Assembly (NCBI GenBank): GCA_963815195.1
Contig: CAWFGE010000009.1
Coordinates: 40,989 to 104,988, forward strand
From: an uncultured Planctomycetaceae bacterium
Lineage (GTDB): Bacteria > Planctomycetota > Planctomycetia > Planctomycetales > Planctomycetaceae
Length of the DNA stretch: 64,000 nucleotides
Reading direction: 5' to 3'
Program-made: the position numbers and the translations under genes
Part shown: in pieces, positions 48,434 to 58,833 of the stretch
Layout of the letters: each line of letters begins with the position of its first letter
Position numbering within the stretch: the stretch's first letter is position 1
The notes under the pieces: generated by a model
The model's input: only the letters and a program-made list of their open reading frames with translations
Told to the model about the DNA's origin: nothing
The model's database searches: none

Positions 48434-48773
48434 ATGACAGAGAACGCATTTGGAAGGGAATTGAGGACGAGCGGCCGATGTGACTCAGGCGGAGTTGGAT
48501 GAACAACTGAAGCGAGGCTCCGGCTTCACCAGCAGCGTGGAGAATGCCCGCTACAACGCCAAGTCAAATGGATGGCTCCGAGAGGCCCTGAAAATGCTCG
48601 ACGGCGAACGGGAACTGTCTGGAATGCTGGCTCTGTCGGCAGAAGATCAGCAGCGAATCGTAGGTAGATCGGATGAGCGAAGTCGTTCTCTCACTTCAGT
48701 GCCAGTTTGCAACAGGAATCGACCGAAAGCGATTGAGGAAATCGCACAAGCGGTTGGGAAAGGAACGGTATGA
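48434..48773 (+). CDS. XRE-type HTH regulator (frameshifted)
   Basis: MTENAFGRELR..|..TQAELDEQLKRGSGFTSSVENAR fits the Cro/CI HTH pattern. Confidence 0.45.
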
Positions 48774-49467
48774 TGCGATGAAATGCCGGCGAAGCGCTGG
48801 GCTAAATGTGAGTGACCCCTGCATCGTTGTCGCGATGAGGGGTCGGGGTTTGGGGCCTTGCGGCTCCCAATCGCGCCGGGGAGTTTAACCCTCTCCGGCG
48901 GGCAACGCAAGGCTCTTTCCAATTCTCCAAGGATGGAGATTTGTTGCCATGTATAGGCGATTCTGTTTCTTCGCGTTGGTCGCCATCGCTCTGCTTGGGC
49001 TTTGGCTTCGTCAAGGTGAAGCCGCTGCGTTGATTATTCAAATCCTCGTGCGGTTCATAACACGCTAAATTTCAAGCGGCGGAGATTCTGTGAATCTCCG
49101 CCGCGCTTCATTTGCCCAAAGCCCCGAAAAAAACGCGAGATTCTTTTTCCGGTGATTCCCAGCCGATGACGCCGTTGACACTGACAGTTTTGCAGGAAAG
49201 GATTTCCGACCATCAGCTATTGGCGCAAGGGAACGGCCAACCGCCAACCCGTGATGACCGGGCTGGCCGTGGGAACCCCGGCGGTTTGCCGGAATCTGCG
49301 CAACACCATCTTACGGACCAGTAACGCTTTTGGGAACGCGGTGAGCATTCCGAACGGTTGGGTCCCGATGTGCTGGCGGTTAACGTCATCTCGGAAATGA
49401 AAGCGGCGGCCGCCCAGACGCGGCCGTGGGACAGCTTGGCGGCCTGCCCTCTCACGGGTCCCCGACC

Positions 49468-49820
49468 ATCCGGATACACCACCTGCCCGTCGGGGGGCGG
49501 CCACGGCGCCCTGAGCCCGGCCTTGAGGACTATGCCACTGGGCGAGCAATGGCGTTTCCGTCGCCGCAGACGAAACCTTACTTTGTCCCAGTATCTAGGC
49601 CACCGGGCAGGCTTGAACTTTTCGCTGGTCCAGCGTGCGGTCCCAGTATCGGTCCCATTATCCAAGCCACTGGGCAGGCGTTGAAACCCTCCGGTCGAGC
49701 ACGGCTGCGTGTCTCTCGACGAGTTGTCCCAGCGTCTAGGCCACTGGGCAGGCATTGTGCGCCCCAGTATTCAGGCCACTGGGCAAGCATTGTACTAAAG
49801 CAAAAGTATAACGAACCGCC
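49468..49820 (+). repeat. Cluster of B repeats preceded by the 23-bp D repeat
   Basis: CCCAG-N11-C[TC]GGGCA[GA]GC copies at about 49586, 49652, 49727 and 49762; 49468-49490 is identical to 46738-46760. Confidence 0.85.
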
Positions 49821-49967
49821 GCTGCAGCGGGGGGCTACAGCGGGGAGCCCAGGTCATGTTGAATGGTCGCGCGGCTTTCGGGTTTGACTTTTCCAGAACC
49901 CGAAAGTACCATAGGGCTCTTAAGGTCCATAAGGTCCAAATCCTGACAAACGAACTCGGAGGACGCC

Positions 49968-50162
49968 ATGAAAAAAAAGGGTAAAAATCAAGCAAGCCCA
50001 ACTCGCCTGATTAAGTTCCACGTTTCGCCGCAGGAGCAGGACATCATACGGCTGGCCGCAGCGCTCAAGCGGACATCAATGGCCGACTTTGCTCGCCTGA
50101 TTGTCCTGGACGAGGCCTTGCGCCTGACAAAAGGCGTCAGCCTGCCGGACCCGGAAAGCTAA
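49968..50162 (+). CDS. Ribbon-helix-helix protein (DUF1778/TacA-like)
   Basis: IKFHVSPQEQDIIRLAAALKRTSMADFARLIVLDEA; GGAGG RBS. Confidence 0.75.
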   Translation: MKKKGKNQASPTRLIKFHVSPQEQDIIRLAAALKRTSMADFARLIVLDEALRLTKGVSLPDPES

Positions 50163-50217
50163 CGAGTTTCTATTGGCGTCAATGGAAACTCACCCCTCTA
50201 ACCCCAAGGAGCGAAAA

Positions 50218-50801
50218 ATGCCGACGATTAATTGCGCTCTGTGCAAACACCCCGTCAAAATGCCGAAAGCAAGATACGAAAAAATGCTCGCATCCAGCAA
50301 AAAGCCGCTGTGCAGCCAGTGTCGTCGCTATGCCACGACAGCGGCCGAGGGCGACATAGAAGTATCGAACGATGGCGATACCTCTATGGTCTTGCGGGGA
50401 AAACCCGGAACGCCAATCGCCTCTCGCAAACTAAAACGCGTGGTGAACGAGACCCGCGACGAAGACGCCAACGAAGCGGATGCTTGGCGAGAACTAGTCG
50501 GGGCCCCACCAGCCGACCCCACGCAACACTGGCAAGACGCCAGCGTTTTCGACTACGAGGGGTTTGCTGACGACCTGACCTCACTGGTCCTACACTGGTG
50601 GCGTCTCGCCATGACACCAGGCCCAAGGGCGACAGAAAAAAACCTACGACGCGCCTGTTGTATATCGCCGACGTGCTACGAGAGTTAGGCCACGATATAA
50701 GCGAGGATCTGCGAGAGCAGCAGCGGCGGGTTTCGCGAGAAGCCAACAAAAAGCACCAGGAAAAGCTAGACGTGCAGGGTCGGAAAACGGGCAAAAAGTA
50801 G
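50218..50801 (+). CDS. Hypothetical protein with N-terminal Zn-finger (frameshifted)
   Basis: AAGGAG RBS; CALC..CSQC; second frame 50598-50801 appears to continue it. Confidence 0.5.
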
Positions 50802-50843
50802 ATTGCCCTAGACTCTGCGGGCGAAATCCGGACTATATAGTGT

Positions 50844-52901
50844 ATGACTCGCAGGCATTGGAGCCCGCGAAAAAAAAGAAACCCCAGCCGGTTTGCGACG
50901 GCGGCTGGGGCTTCAGGCGATTTTTCGACTCCCGTCCAGGAAGCTAATAGTATGGTAACTAGCAGATCACGCAACGGCAACCCCAATCGCGGCCGCGCCG
51001 CGGAAAATGGCCACGCCCCCCGAAACCGCCTGTCGCGGCCGGCAGCCCCGCCCGAACCCGAACCCAACCCTCGGCTGGTCGCCGCCCTTCCTGACGGGCG
51101 CCGCCGGATAATCAGACCCGCGCGAGTCCGGGGCTCCGACGCGATCCCCGCGAACTGCCGCAGCATCACGATCCATGACCTGCCCGACTGGCCCGACGAC
51201 GCCGTCGGCGACATGCTAGTCCTGGTGCACGACCTGGGCCGCCCGATCTACGTAGATGCCGGGCAGGAGCGCTATCCGGACGTATTCGCCGCGGCCCTCG
51301 CGGCGCTGGTGGGCCCATCAGCGGACCCCACACGATATACCCGCTCCTGTCACGCCGCCCTGATGGCCGGGGCGATCGCGCATCCCGAATCCGCCGAAGC
51401 GGCATATAACCAGATCGCGGCCCGGCTGCGGGCGTTGGGCGATTCCCGAACACACACGCAGTTAGTCGCATTTCTGCGACAGGCGGGGGGCGCGTTGTTC
51501 GCGGGCGGCGAATCGCGCGAAATGACGCTGAAGGCGTGGGCGGAGAGCTATCTGGCCAGCCTGCCCCAGCCCACCGCCGCGGAGGAAATCGAGACCGGGG
51601 CGCCGCCGCCGCCGCTGATATATTACCAGGACGGGTATTATGCACGGCAAAATAATAGGTATCGCGAAGCCCCCAAAAAGGAGGTTAAGGCAACTGTTAC
51701 CCGTCACGCGCAGTCACGGCCCGGCGGGGACAAGCTGGCCGATGGGACGATACGCAGCATCATGACCCATTTGGACGGCCTAACTGTGCTGCCCAGCCAG
51801 TCGCTGGATTTCCCGCTGTGGGTCGAGGCCTGGCCGGATCGGGTATCACGCTCGCCATATCTCGCTATGGCCAATGGCCTACTCGACCTGCAGGCACTGC
51901 TGGACGGCCGGGAGGAGCCCCTCCGGACTCACAGCTCGCGGCACTTCTCGCCGACGATCCTGCCCTACGAGTTCAACCCCCGGGCGGGCTGTCCCATATG
52001 GCGACGGACGCTGGCGAGGATCCTCCCGCGACGGGGCGATGGGGACCTCCGACGACCTATATTACAGCAGTTTTTCGGCTGGTGCTTGGCCGGCCCGTTA
52101 CTTCCCGATTACCAAAAATTTTTAGTGTTGTTTGGCGAAGCGGGATCCGGAAAGGGAACCTGTCTGCGCGTTTTGGACGCTCTGGTCGGCAAGGACAATC
52201 TGTCGCATGTGACCCCGGCCGAGCTGGAAGAAAAATTCGGGATGGAATCGCTCTCCGGAAAACTCGTGAACTCGGCGGGCGATATTGGTGAGCACATCTC
52301 GAAAAAAGCAGAAAGCCGCCTCAAGGCGCTGACGGGCAGCGATGCCATGACCATCGCCCGAAAATGGCGCACCGACGCGATCCTACTACCCGAGAGCCGT
52401 CCCCGCCTGGCCTTCGCCGCGAACGCCATGCCGAGGTTCGAGGACCGCAGCAGCGGAACATGGCGACGGCTGATTGCGATGCCGTTTTTGAACCCGATCG
52501 CGGCCGAGGACCGTGACGTGCAGCGCGATGACGACCTGCGCGCCGAACTGCCAGGAATCTTCAATTGGGCGATTCGCGGGGCGCGACTGCTGAGCTACCA
52601 GGGGGCGTTTCCAAGCTGCGAACTCTGCCAGGCGGCGCTGGATGAGCACCGGCTACACTCGGATCCGCTCCGCCAATGGGTGGAGGCTCGCGTGATACTC
52701 GACCCCGCTGGTCGCGCGTGGGTCGATGCTGCCTATCGCGACTACCGCGACTGGTGCGCTGAGAGCGGCTATCGCGCGCTCGGAAAATCAGAATTCGGAC
52801 GGCAAATCGGAAAAATCGACAACGTCGAAAGACGCTATCCCAGGGTCGGCGGATCCCGGCAATACCAGTACTGGGGACTGCGGTTGGCGGAGGGGCGATG
52901 A
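50844..52901 (+). CDS. Phage/plasmid P4-family (D5-like) SF3 helicase
   Basis: AMANGLLDL..H..HFS..LPYEFNP.A.CP.W (D5_N); FLVLFGEAGSGKGT Walker A; AANAMP; WRRL; C-terminal Y..WC..G. Start may be 50951. Confidence 0.9.
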   Translation: MTRRHWSPRKKRNPSRFATAAGASGDFSTPVQEANSMVTSRSRNGNPNRGRAAENGHAPRNRLSRPAAPPEPEPNPRLVAALPDGRRRIIRPARVRGSDAIPANCRSITIHDLPDWPDDAVGDMLVLVHDLGRPIYVDAGQERYPDVFAAALAALVGPSADPTRYTRSCHAALMAGAIAHPESAEAAYNQIAARLRALGDSRTHTQLVAFLRQAGGALFAGGESREMTLKAWAESYLASLPQPTAAEEIETGAPPPPLIYYQDGYYARQNNRYREAPKKEVKATVTRHAQSRPGGDKLADGTIRSIMTHLDGLTVLPSQSLDFPLWVEAWPDRVSRSPYLAMANGLLDLQALLDGREEPLRTHSSRHFSPTILPYEFNPRAGCPIWRRTLARILPRRGDGDLRRPILQQFFGWCLAGPLLPDYQKFLVLFGEAGSGKGTCLRVLDALVGKDNLSHVTPAELEEKFGMESLSGKLVNSAGDIGEHISKKAESRLKALTGSDAMTIARKWRTDAILLPESRPRLAFAANAMPRFEDRSSGTWRRLIAMPFLNPIAAEDRDVQRDDDLRAELPGIFNWAIRGARLLSYQGAFPSCELCQAALDEHRLHSDPLRQWVEARVILDPAGRAWVDAAYRDYRDWCAESGYRALGKSEFGRQIGKIDNVERRYPRVGGSRQYQYWGLRLAEGR
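50870..50910 (-). terminator. Intrinsic terminator-like hairpin
   Basis: CCCCAGCCG-11 nt-CGGCTGGGG with a T-tract on the minus strand. Confidence 0.5.
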
Positions 52902-52909
52902 TCGGCGCG

Positions 52910-53298
52910 GATCCCGCACCGATCTAGCACCAGATCTAGCACCAGATCCCGCACCAGATCCCGCACCAGACCCCAACTCTGACGCGACGATGAATCTGAA
53001 ACGTGAAAAAAGGATCAAAATGATGTACAACGTTCACCTAAAATGGTGCGGGTGGTGCTAGATCGGTGCTAGATCTGGTGCTAGATCTACCTCGACCAAA
53101 CGCTAGAAATATAGGGGTGGTGCTAGTGGTGCTAGTGGATTCCCTATTAAGTTGCGTATAGGGAAATTTTTTGAGGGAAAAAAAAACGAAAAGAAAAACA
53201 ATATCCAGATCCACTAGCACCACCCGCACCACCCCTATATTTCTAGCGTTTCAGAGGGGGGGGGATCTAGCACCAGATCTAGCACCACCCGCACCACC
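52910..53298. repeat. Candidate replication origin: iterons + long inverted repeat around an AT-rich spacer
   Basis: Five tandem GATC[TA/CC]GCACCA units at 52910-52970; inverted arms about 53044-53140 and 53208-53298 flanking an A-rich core. Confidence 0.75.
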
Positions 53299-53349
53299 CC
53301 CTCACTCCATCAGCTTTCATCAACAATTTTCAACACTCAGAGGCCATAA

Positions 53350-54457
53350 ATGAAACCTTTAAATCCGCAGCTATTTAAGCTTCTTCAACTGCATTTTCAG
53401 ACTGTTTTGGTCTCCAACGACGGCTGCGGCTCTGACCTGATCCGCAGACCCATTCGGGGCAGACGGCAAGGCCCGGTGGAGCGCCGAGATCGCCAATCCC
53501 AGTTCCGGTGAGCAGTACCGGGTCAACTGCCCATTTTGCAACGACGTGACGCAGCGGCTCTACATTCACCACCGTTACGGGTCGCGTGACGAGAAAACGG
53601 GCAGTGATTTTCGGGGGCTCATTTATTGCTTCAACGAAGAATGCCACGAAGAGGTAGCCAACCGCGACCAGCTACATGAGATGATTTTTTCGCGGGCTTC
53701 GTGGCGGGGGGCTCCCAGCGCTACCCAGATTCAGCCGGGCCGTCCTGAGGGGCCCGCGTCCCCGCCGCCAGAAATAAAGTATCCAGGTGCCACAATCCGC
53801 CTGGACAAGCTCGCGAAAACCCACCCCGATCATCCCGCGATTCTGTATCTGGAGGGGCGTGGGTTCGACCCCGGGATGTTGGGCCGGTTTTGGGATGTGC
53901 GCTACTGCCCCACGAAATACTCAAACCGGATCATCATACCGATGCATAAGCAAAAAGCGGGCAAAAAAACGCTGGTGGGATGGCAGGCGAGATACATCGG
54001 CGATCCCCCGCCGAACGTGCCAAAATATCTCACCTGCCCGGGAATGCGCCGCAACCGGGAAGCCTACAATTTCGGCCCGGCTGTCCGTCGCCAGACCATT
54101 GCCATTGTCGAGGGCCCTACCGATGTGTGGCGTTTTGGGCCCCAAGCGATGGGACTTTGGGGCAAGACGATGAGCGAGTTTTTGCGGCAACGGCTTGTTA
54201 AAACGCTCCTACGCCATAGCGACCAGACCGTCGTAGTGCTATTTGACCCCAATCAAAATCCAAAAGAAAAAGACAAAGGGAAGCTGCATCATATCGAGCG
54301 GCTAGTGTTCGATCTTTCCGCCGAGTTGCAACGCGCCGAGGCTTCGCCGGCAAAGAGTTTTTGGAGTTCACCTGCCGGAGGAGCTAGATCCCGGCTCGAT
54401 GGAGCGGGAGTCACTTTGGCGAGCGGTCCAGCGAGAGGCCGACATTTTGGGGCTTGA
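53350..54457 (+). CDS. DnaG-type primase (Zn finger + TOPRIM), frameshifted
   Basis: YRVNCPFCND..LYIHH..YCFNEEC; YLEGRG; RIIIP..GWQAR..PKYL; IVEGPTDVW; VLFD. Confidence 0.75.
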
Positions 54458-54573
54458 CGTTAGTTTCGGCAAAGCGTCGCTACGAAAAAAGAAAAAGGTA
54501 TAGTTCTCATTGGCGTCAATGGAAACTCGGCCGCATCGCGCGGCCAGGACGATGTTTACTTTTTAGGAGAAGC

Positions 54574-54852
54574 ATGGACATGCGAAACGAAATCCAACCG
54601 ACCTCAGTCCCGTTTCCGCAAGGCTGGGACTCAGGCACCCCCCAAGAACGCCGCAGACAGATGCTCGCGGATGGCCGGCGCGAACTGTTGACGTTGCTGA
54701 GTCATGGCCCATTGCCTAGGCATCGGCTAGAGGCCAGTACTTCAATGACTGCCAATCGTCTCGATAGGGTTCTGAGGCGGCTGATTGTCGAAGGCAGCAT
54801 CGAACTGGCCACCAACGACGAAGGCGTCGAAATCTGTCGCCTCGTGGAATAG
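54574..54852 (+). CDS. Small winged-helix protein
   Basis: AGGAG RBS; LLTLLSHGPLPRHRLEASTSMTANRLDRVLRRLIVEGSIE; bracketed by palindromes A5 and A6. Confidence 0.6.
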   Translation: MDMRNEIQPTSVPFPQGWDSGTPQERRRQMLADGRRELLTLLSHGPLPRHRLEASTSMTANRLDRVLRRLIVEGSIELATNDEGVEICRLVE

Positions 54853-55670
54853 TTTCCATTGGCGTCAATGGAAACTCCGTTGGCCTATGCTCCACAGTCT
54901 GCTCTGCCTTTCTCGAACTGACGCATTCGATCGGATAGCGAGGCGGGCCGGGATCATCCGGCCCATGCCTCCAGGCCTTTCGGCATACATTCGCCGTCCG
55001 CGCCTTGGAGACCTGTCAAGCGGAAAGGAAGAAATCACCCGCCACATGCTCGCCCTGGACACGTATCTGGATAATCTCCAACATTGATCCGCTGAGTCGC
55101 CCAAACTTCATGGGTGTTCTCGGCGAGTTCGTTTCATTCACTGGAGGAGGGCGAAGTGACGTTTCGGTGCGAGGATTATCGGTGGGCCGACGCCTGCGGA
55201 CGATGACGCTCCCGGCTTGCGCGGGCGGCCGAGGCGATGCGGCGGGTTTTGATCGACCATGCCCGCCAAGACGTCGCCGGAAATTGCCGGCGGATCGAGG
55301 CGGACGATTTCGCGGTCCAGACGACCGCCGCCCCGCTGTCCACATTATCTCGCCATATCATCTATTTATTCCGTCTTCACTATTTTCTCTGACTCTTGCA
55401 GCGAGCTCCAATTTTCGGCTCAAATCGATCGCATTAAGAGGGCCGAACTCCGCTTTTTCGCCATTGGGGCGTGTCCTTGCCCCGCCAGCAGCCCCCAAGA
55501 GGTCCAGATGACTCAGGGGTCGGCTTCGGAAAATGGCTCGCCACGAGGCCGCCCTGAGCGTGGGCCAGTTTCGTGACCTGCCCGCTCACAGGCTCCTGGC
55601 CATCTAAGCCACCAGGGCCCCTGGGCGGGCGTAGAGTTTCCATTGGCGTCAATGGAAACTTCGGATCCAG

Positions 55671-55780
55671 GTCCCGGAAACCAAGCCACCGGGCAGGCAT
55701 TGCAATCCCGTTCGCTGGGGTTGTCCCAGTATCCAGGCCAAGTATAACAAACTGTCCCCGCGCTTTTTACATAGTATGTC
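55671..55780 (+). repeat. Composite B + C repeat (second dif-like half-site)
   Basis: GTCCCGG-AAACCAAGCCA-CCGGGCAGGCATT, then ..GTCCCCGCGCTTTTTACATAGTATGTC identical to 26848-26874. Confidence 0.85.
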
Positions 55781-56937
55781 CCGAGCACCTCATCCAAAAA
55801 ACACGCCGATTCTTCCAAAACTCTCACGTACAGTCGCCGCGCTTGCTCCCAATCCCCCACTTGGGCTTGTCGATAGGCTCGTAGTTCCGTTTCGTTCTTC
55901 ACAAACCGGCCAGGCTTGAGCAATTGGCCCAGTCGGTTTACCACGCGCTGGGTTTCTTCCGGCAGTTGCTCAAGGGAAACCTTTTCCAAAAGGCGGTCGT
56001 GTCGAAGTTCCGCTTGCTCCCACAGGTTGAGATCCAAAAGCACTTCCAATTGCCGTGTTTCCGCTTCGACCTCGATCCAATCGATCGAACTCCCCAATTT
56101 AGCGGCCTGCTCCAACAACGTCAGGGCTTGTTGTAGTCGCCCGTAGCGATGAGCCGCACTTCCCAACAGCAGGCACGCCTCTGCTTGCCGAACCGGATCC
56201 TTCAGTGAAGTGGCCGTCTCGAAAGCCGCTCGCCAACAGTTTTGGGCTTTGTTTAAATCTCCGCCGCGATCCCAGGCCCGGCCTTCATCACAATACAGCA
56301 CAAACAGATTCACAGGGTCATGAGATAGCCTCTCCCTGCAGTCCTTCAGTTCGGCTTGGAGGGGCTGCACTTCGCCCATCAACAGCCGCAGGCGAAGATA
56401 ACGCAAGAAAAACATGGGTTGGTCGCGGAGACTGTCGAGATGAGATTCGGCGATTTGTCTTTGAATTTGGGCCTGGGGCAAATCTTCTTGACGCAAATAG
56501 GTCTCCGCAGCCAACAAAGCCAATCGGCAACTTAGCACTGGCGGAAGCTCTTCGTGGAATGGCAAAAGCGGTTCAAAACGCTCGATCGCTTGACTCAATC
56601 GACCAGCTAACAGCGAAACTTGCCCCGCCAAATAGCGGGCGCGAAACCACGGATTACTCGCAATCCCTCTAATCGAAGGGTCCCGTACCGCCGCTTTGCG
56701 AAGATATGCCTGCGCTGTTTCTTCCGCGACGGCAAGATCGCCCCGGTCGAGCGCTGCATCCACTTGCGTTTCTAATCTGAGCCACTCGGTTTCCACACTC
56801 GCCTCTTTGAATCCTTGGCTCGCGGGGTGAAGTTGAGGAGAAGTTGCGTGGGCGCTTGGACAATCTATTTTATAGAGTTTATCTGTCATAGAGAAGGTTG
56901 CCCAGTTGGGAGGAATAGTGGTCCTTAATGCATCCAT
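55781..56937 (-). pseudogene. TPR-repeat protein, 3'-truncated at the C repeat
   Basis: Helical TPR-like repeats (GRAWDRGGDLNKAQNCW, LLGSAAHRYGRLQQAL); the frame runs into the repeat sequence (GTYYVKSAG). Confidence 0.6.
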
Positions 56938-57279
56938 TTCAAAAATGGATCGTCTTCCTCTTTCTTTAGACAGCCAACATCGGTTTCACTTCCGATACAA
57001 CGCCTTTCATCCATCAAACGCCAAGAGGAATGGGCATTCCTGACCCGCACGACTGGCGACCACACCGTTACCATAGGCTTAAAATCTGGTTCTTGGCCGC
57101 CAAGACCCGCCCGATTTGCTCCTCTAAGCGGACTTGGGAGTTCTCCAAGCGGCTCCGTTCCCCGGAAAGCCGGTTTTTGACCGACCGCCGGATGCGATCG
57201 TCCAGGCCGCGAAACCGCGTCTCGTAAATCTGCATGTGCCTCGGAATCGAAACTGGCGTCCTGCATAAAGTCTGGACAA

Positions 57280-57530
57280 ACCTCTTCGTATTTCACGCTC
57301 CGCCACAGCCGCTCGATGAATACGTTGTCCAAGGCCCGTCCCTTTCCATCCATACTGATCGCGACATTCCGCAGTAAATAAGGGTAAATCTTGTGTCCGC
57401 GTCCCGGTTGGGTCGTGCGGCGTTTCGGTCCAACCGCTTCGATTCCCATCTGCCGCATCAGCCGCTGCACTCGCTTGCGATTCACGCCGAACAACTCGGC
57501 CATCTTGCGAGAACCATAAAACGGATGCCG
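57280..57530 (-). mobile_element. IS3-family transposase remnant with internal deletion
   Basis: HPFYGSRKMA..VNRKRVQRLMRQMGIEA..HKIYPYLLRNVAI joined to SMDGKGRALDNVFIERLWRSVKYEEV. Confidence 0.8.
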
Positions 57531-58833
57531 CGTTCTCCGCCGGCCGTGAACTGGGGTTTCCACCAGGCCTGGATTTCGGCTCGCCCGCCGCCCGGCCATC
57601 CTCCATTCAAATAGACTTCCCAAGTCGGAACCGAATATCCTTCCAGGGGTTCTATAACGAAGTTTTGGGGAGACCACTTCTCATTCCCCCGCGGCGTGAT
57701 CTCGATCCGCACATCCTCAGGAGGATTCACCGCCTCGCCTCGGCTGAATTTCACAGGTCCGGCTTTTTGTTCTATAAAGCCATGATCGAGCGACAGAATG
57801 AAGCGAGCCTCCCCGGGCCCGGTCTCATCAACCTGCTGACACACGAGTTCCCGCGGAAAAGGAAGTGGATTCGTGGAAGAGTCTACATTCCGTCGATTCG
57901 GAAGCGTTCCCGCCGGGCCGAGAACTTGGGCCGCCCGGCTGTCGGTCTGAGGATAGGGAACATGCAGAAGGTTCCCGCCCTCCAACTGAAACGCAATTTT
58001 CTCACCGCCCACCAATTTGACGTAGCGGGTCGGGCTTGTTGGAAAGCCGACTTCATATTCCCCGGAGGAAGATTTTGAACCGGCTCGCCGAGGTTTTGCT
58101 TGGAAGAGAACGGCGGCTGATCGCGCTTTACGGTGTAACCGCGAGGGCGACCTGAATTGGTGAAGCGTTTTCGCGAGATCCTTCCTTTGCTTTTCATGTT
58201 GACGATCGTGATCTCCGCGGCGATCCTGGGGTTCTCCGATCGGTATCGGGGAGATTCCATTGGCGTCAATGGAATCTGGGATCCGGCCGCAGGGTGCAGA
58301 AGCCCAGAGGTCGTGGGGACATGGTCCCGGCTCGGGCAATATCGTTCCCCGATGACCGTTCTTCCCTCGTTTGTTGAAGCGGGCGACGCCGAGACTTCGA
58401 AACCTTGAAACTTGAGTTTCGGAGAACCCAATTTGATCCGGAAGCCGCAGAAAACTGCTTGCATCTCAGTCTGTACGCAGGCACAATACATCCACGGCGG
58501 CTCTTATGTGAGCCGGTCGACCATGTTCCTGAATTGAAAGCTGGTAGGAGAATTAACCGCCTCGACAAGAGGCTTCCAACAATTTGAACGACGCGTAGCG
58601 TCAAGCCTGCTTCCCAGAAAACCGCCAACCTGAGCCGTGAGGCTCTTGAACATCAGAAGCAGCACCTTGAGCCGCGCCCCTTGAAAAAGGGGCGCTGGCC
58701 ATGTGCTGTTCTGATGTGCCTCTTGGCGGAGGTTCTGGGAGCGGTCGTGGTTCAGCGTCCTTTTTCTTTTGGACGCACCGAACTGAGCCCAATCCAAAGT
58801 AAAAAACAAACTTCAATCAAATGAGGGCCTCTG

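Larger units (their letters stand above)
46209..58277. repeat. Dispersed 26-bp palindrome family A (8 copies)
   Basis: AGTTTCCATTG-GCGT-CAATGGAAACT variants starting at 46209, 46951(rc), 47649(rc), 50165, 54502, 54851, 55635, 58252. Confidence 0.9.

Noticed and set aside
49586..49791. B cluster as a mini-CRISPR array
   Set aside because: Periods are irregular (about 66, 75 and 35 bp), copies vary internally, and the same motif occurs singly elsewhere.
49968..50801. Complete TacA/TacT toxin-antitoxin pair
   Set aside because: The gene after the RHH protein has Zn-finger motifs, not a GNAT acetyl-CoA motif.
55685..55705. GGGCAGGCATTGC as a sigma-54 promoter
   Set aside because: GG-to-GC spacing does not fit -24/-12, and other B copies lack TTGC.
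46209..58277. Palindrome A as a CRISPR repeat
   Set aside because: Spacing is 349-4337 bp, orientation is mixed and no cas genes are present.
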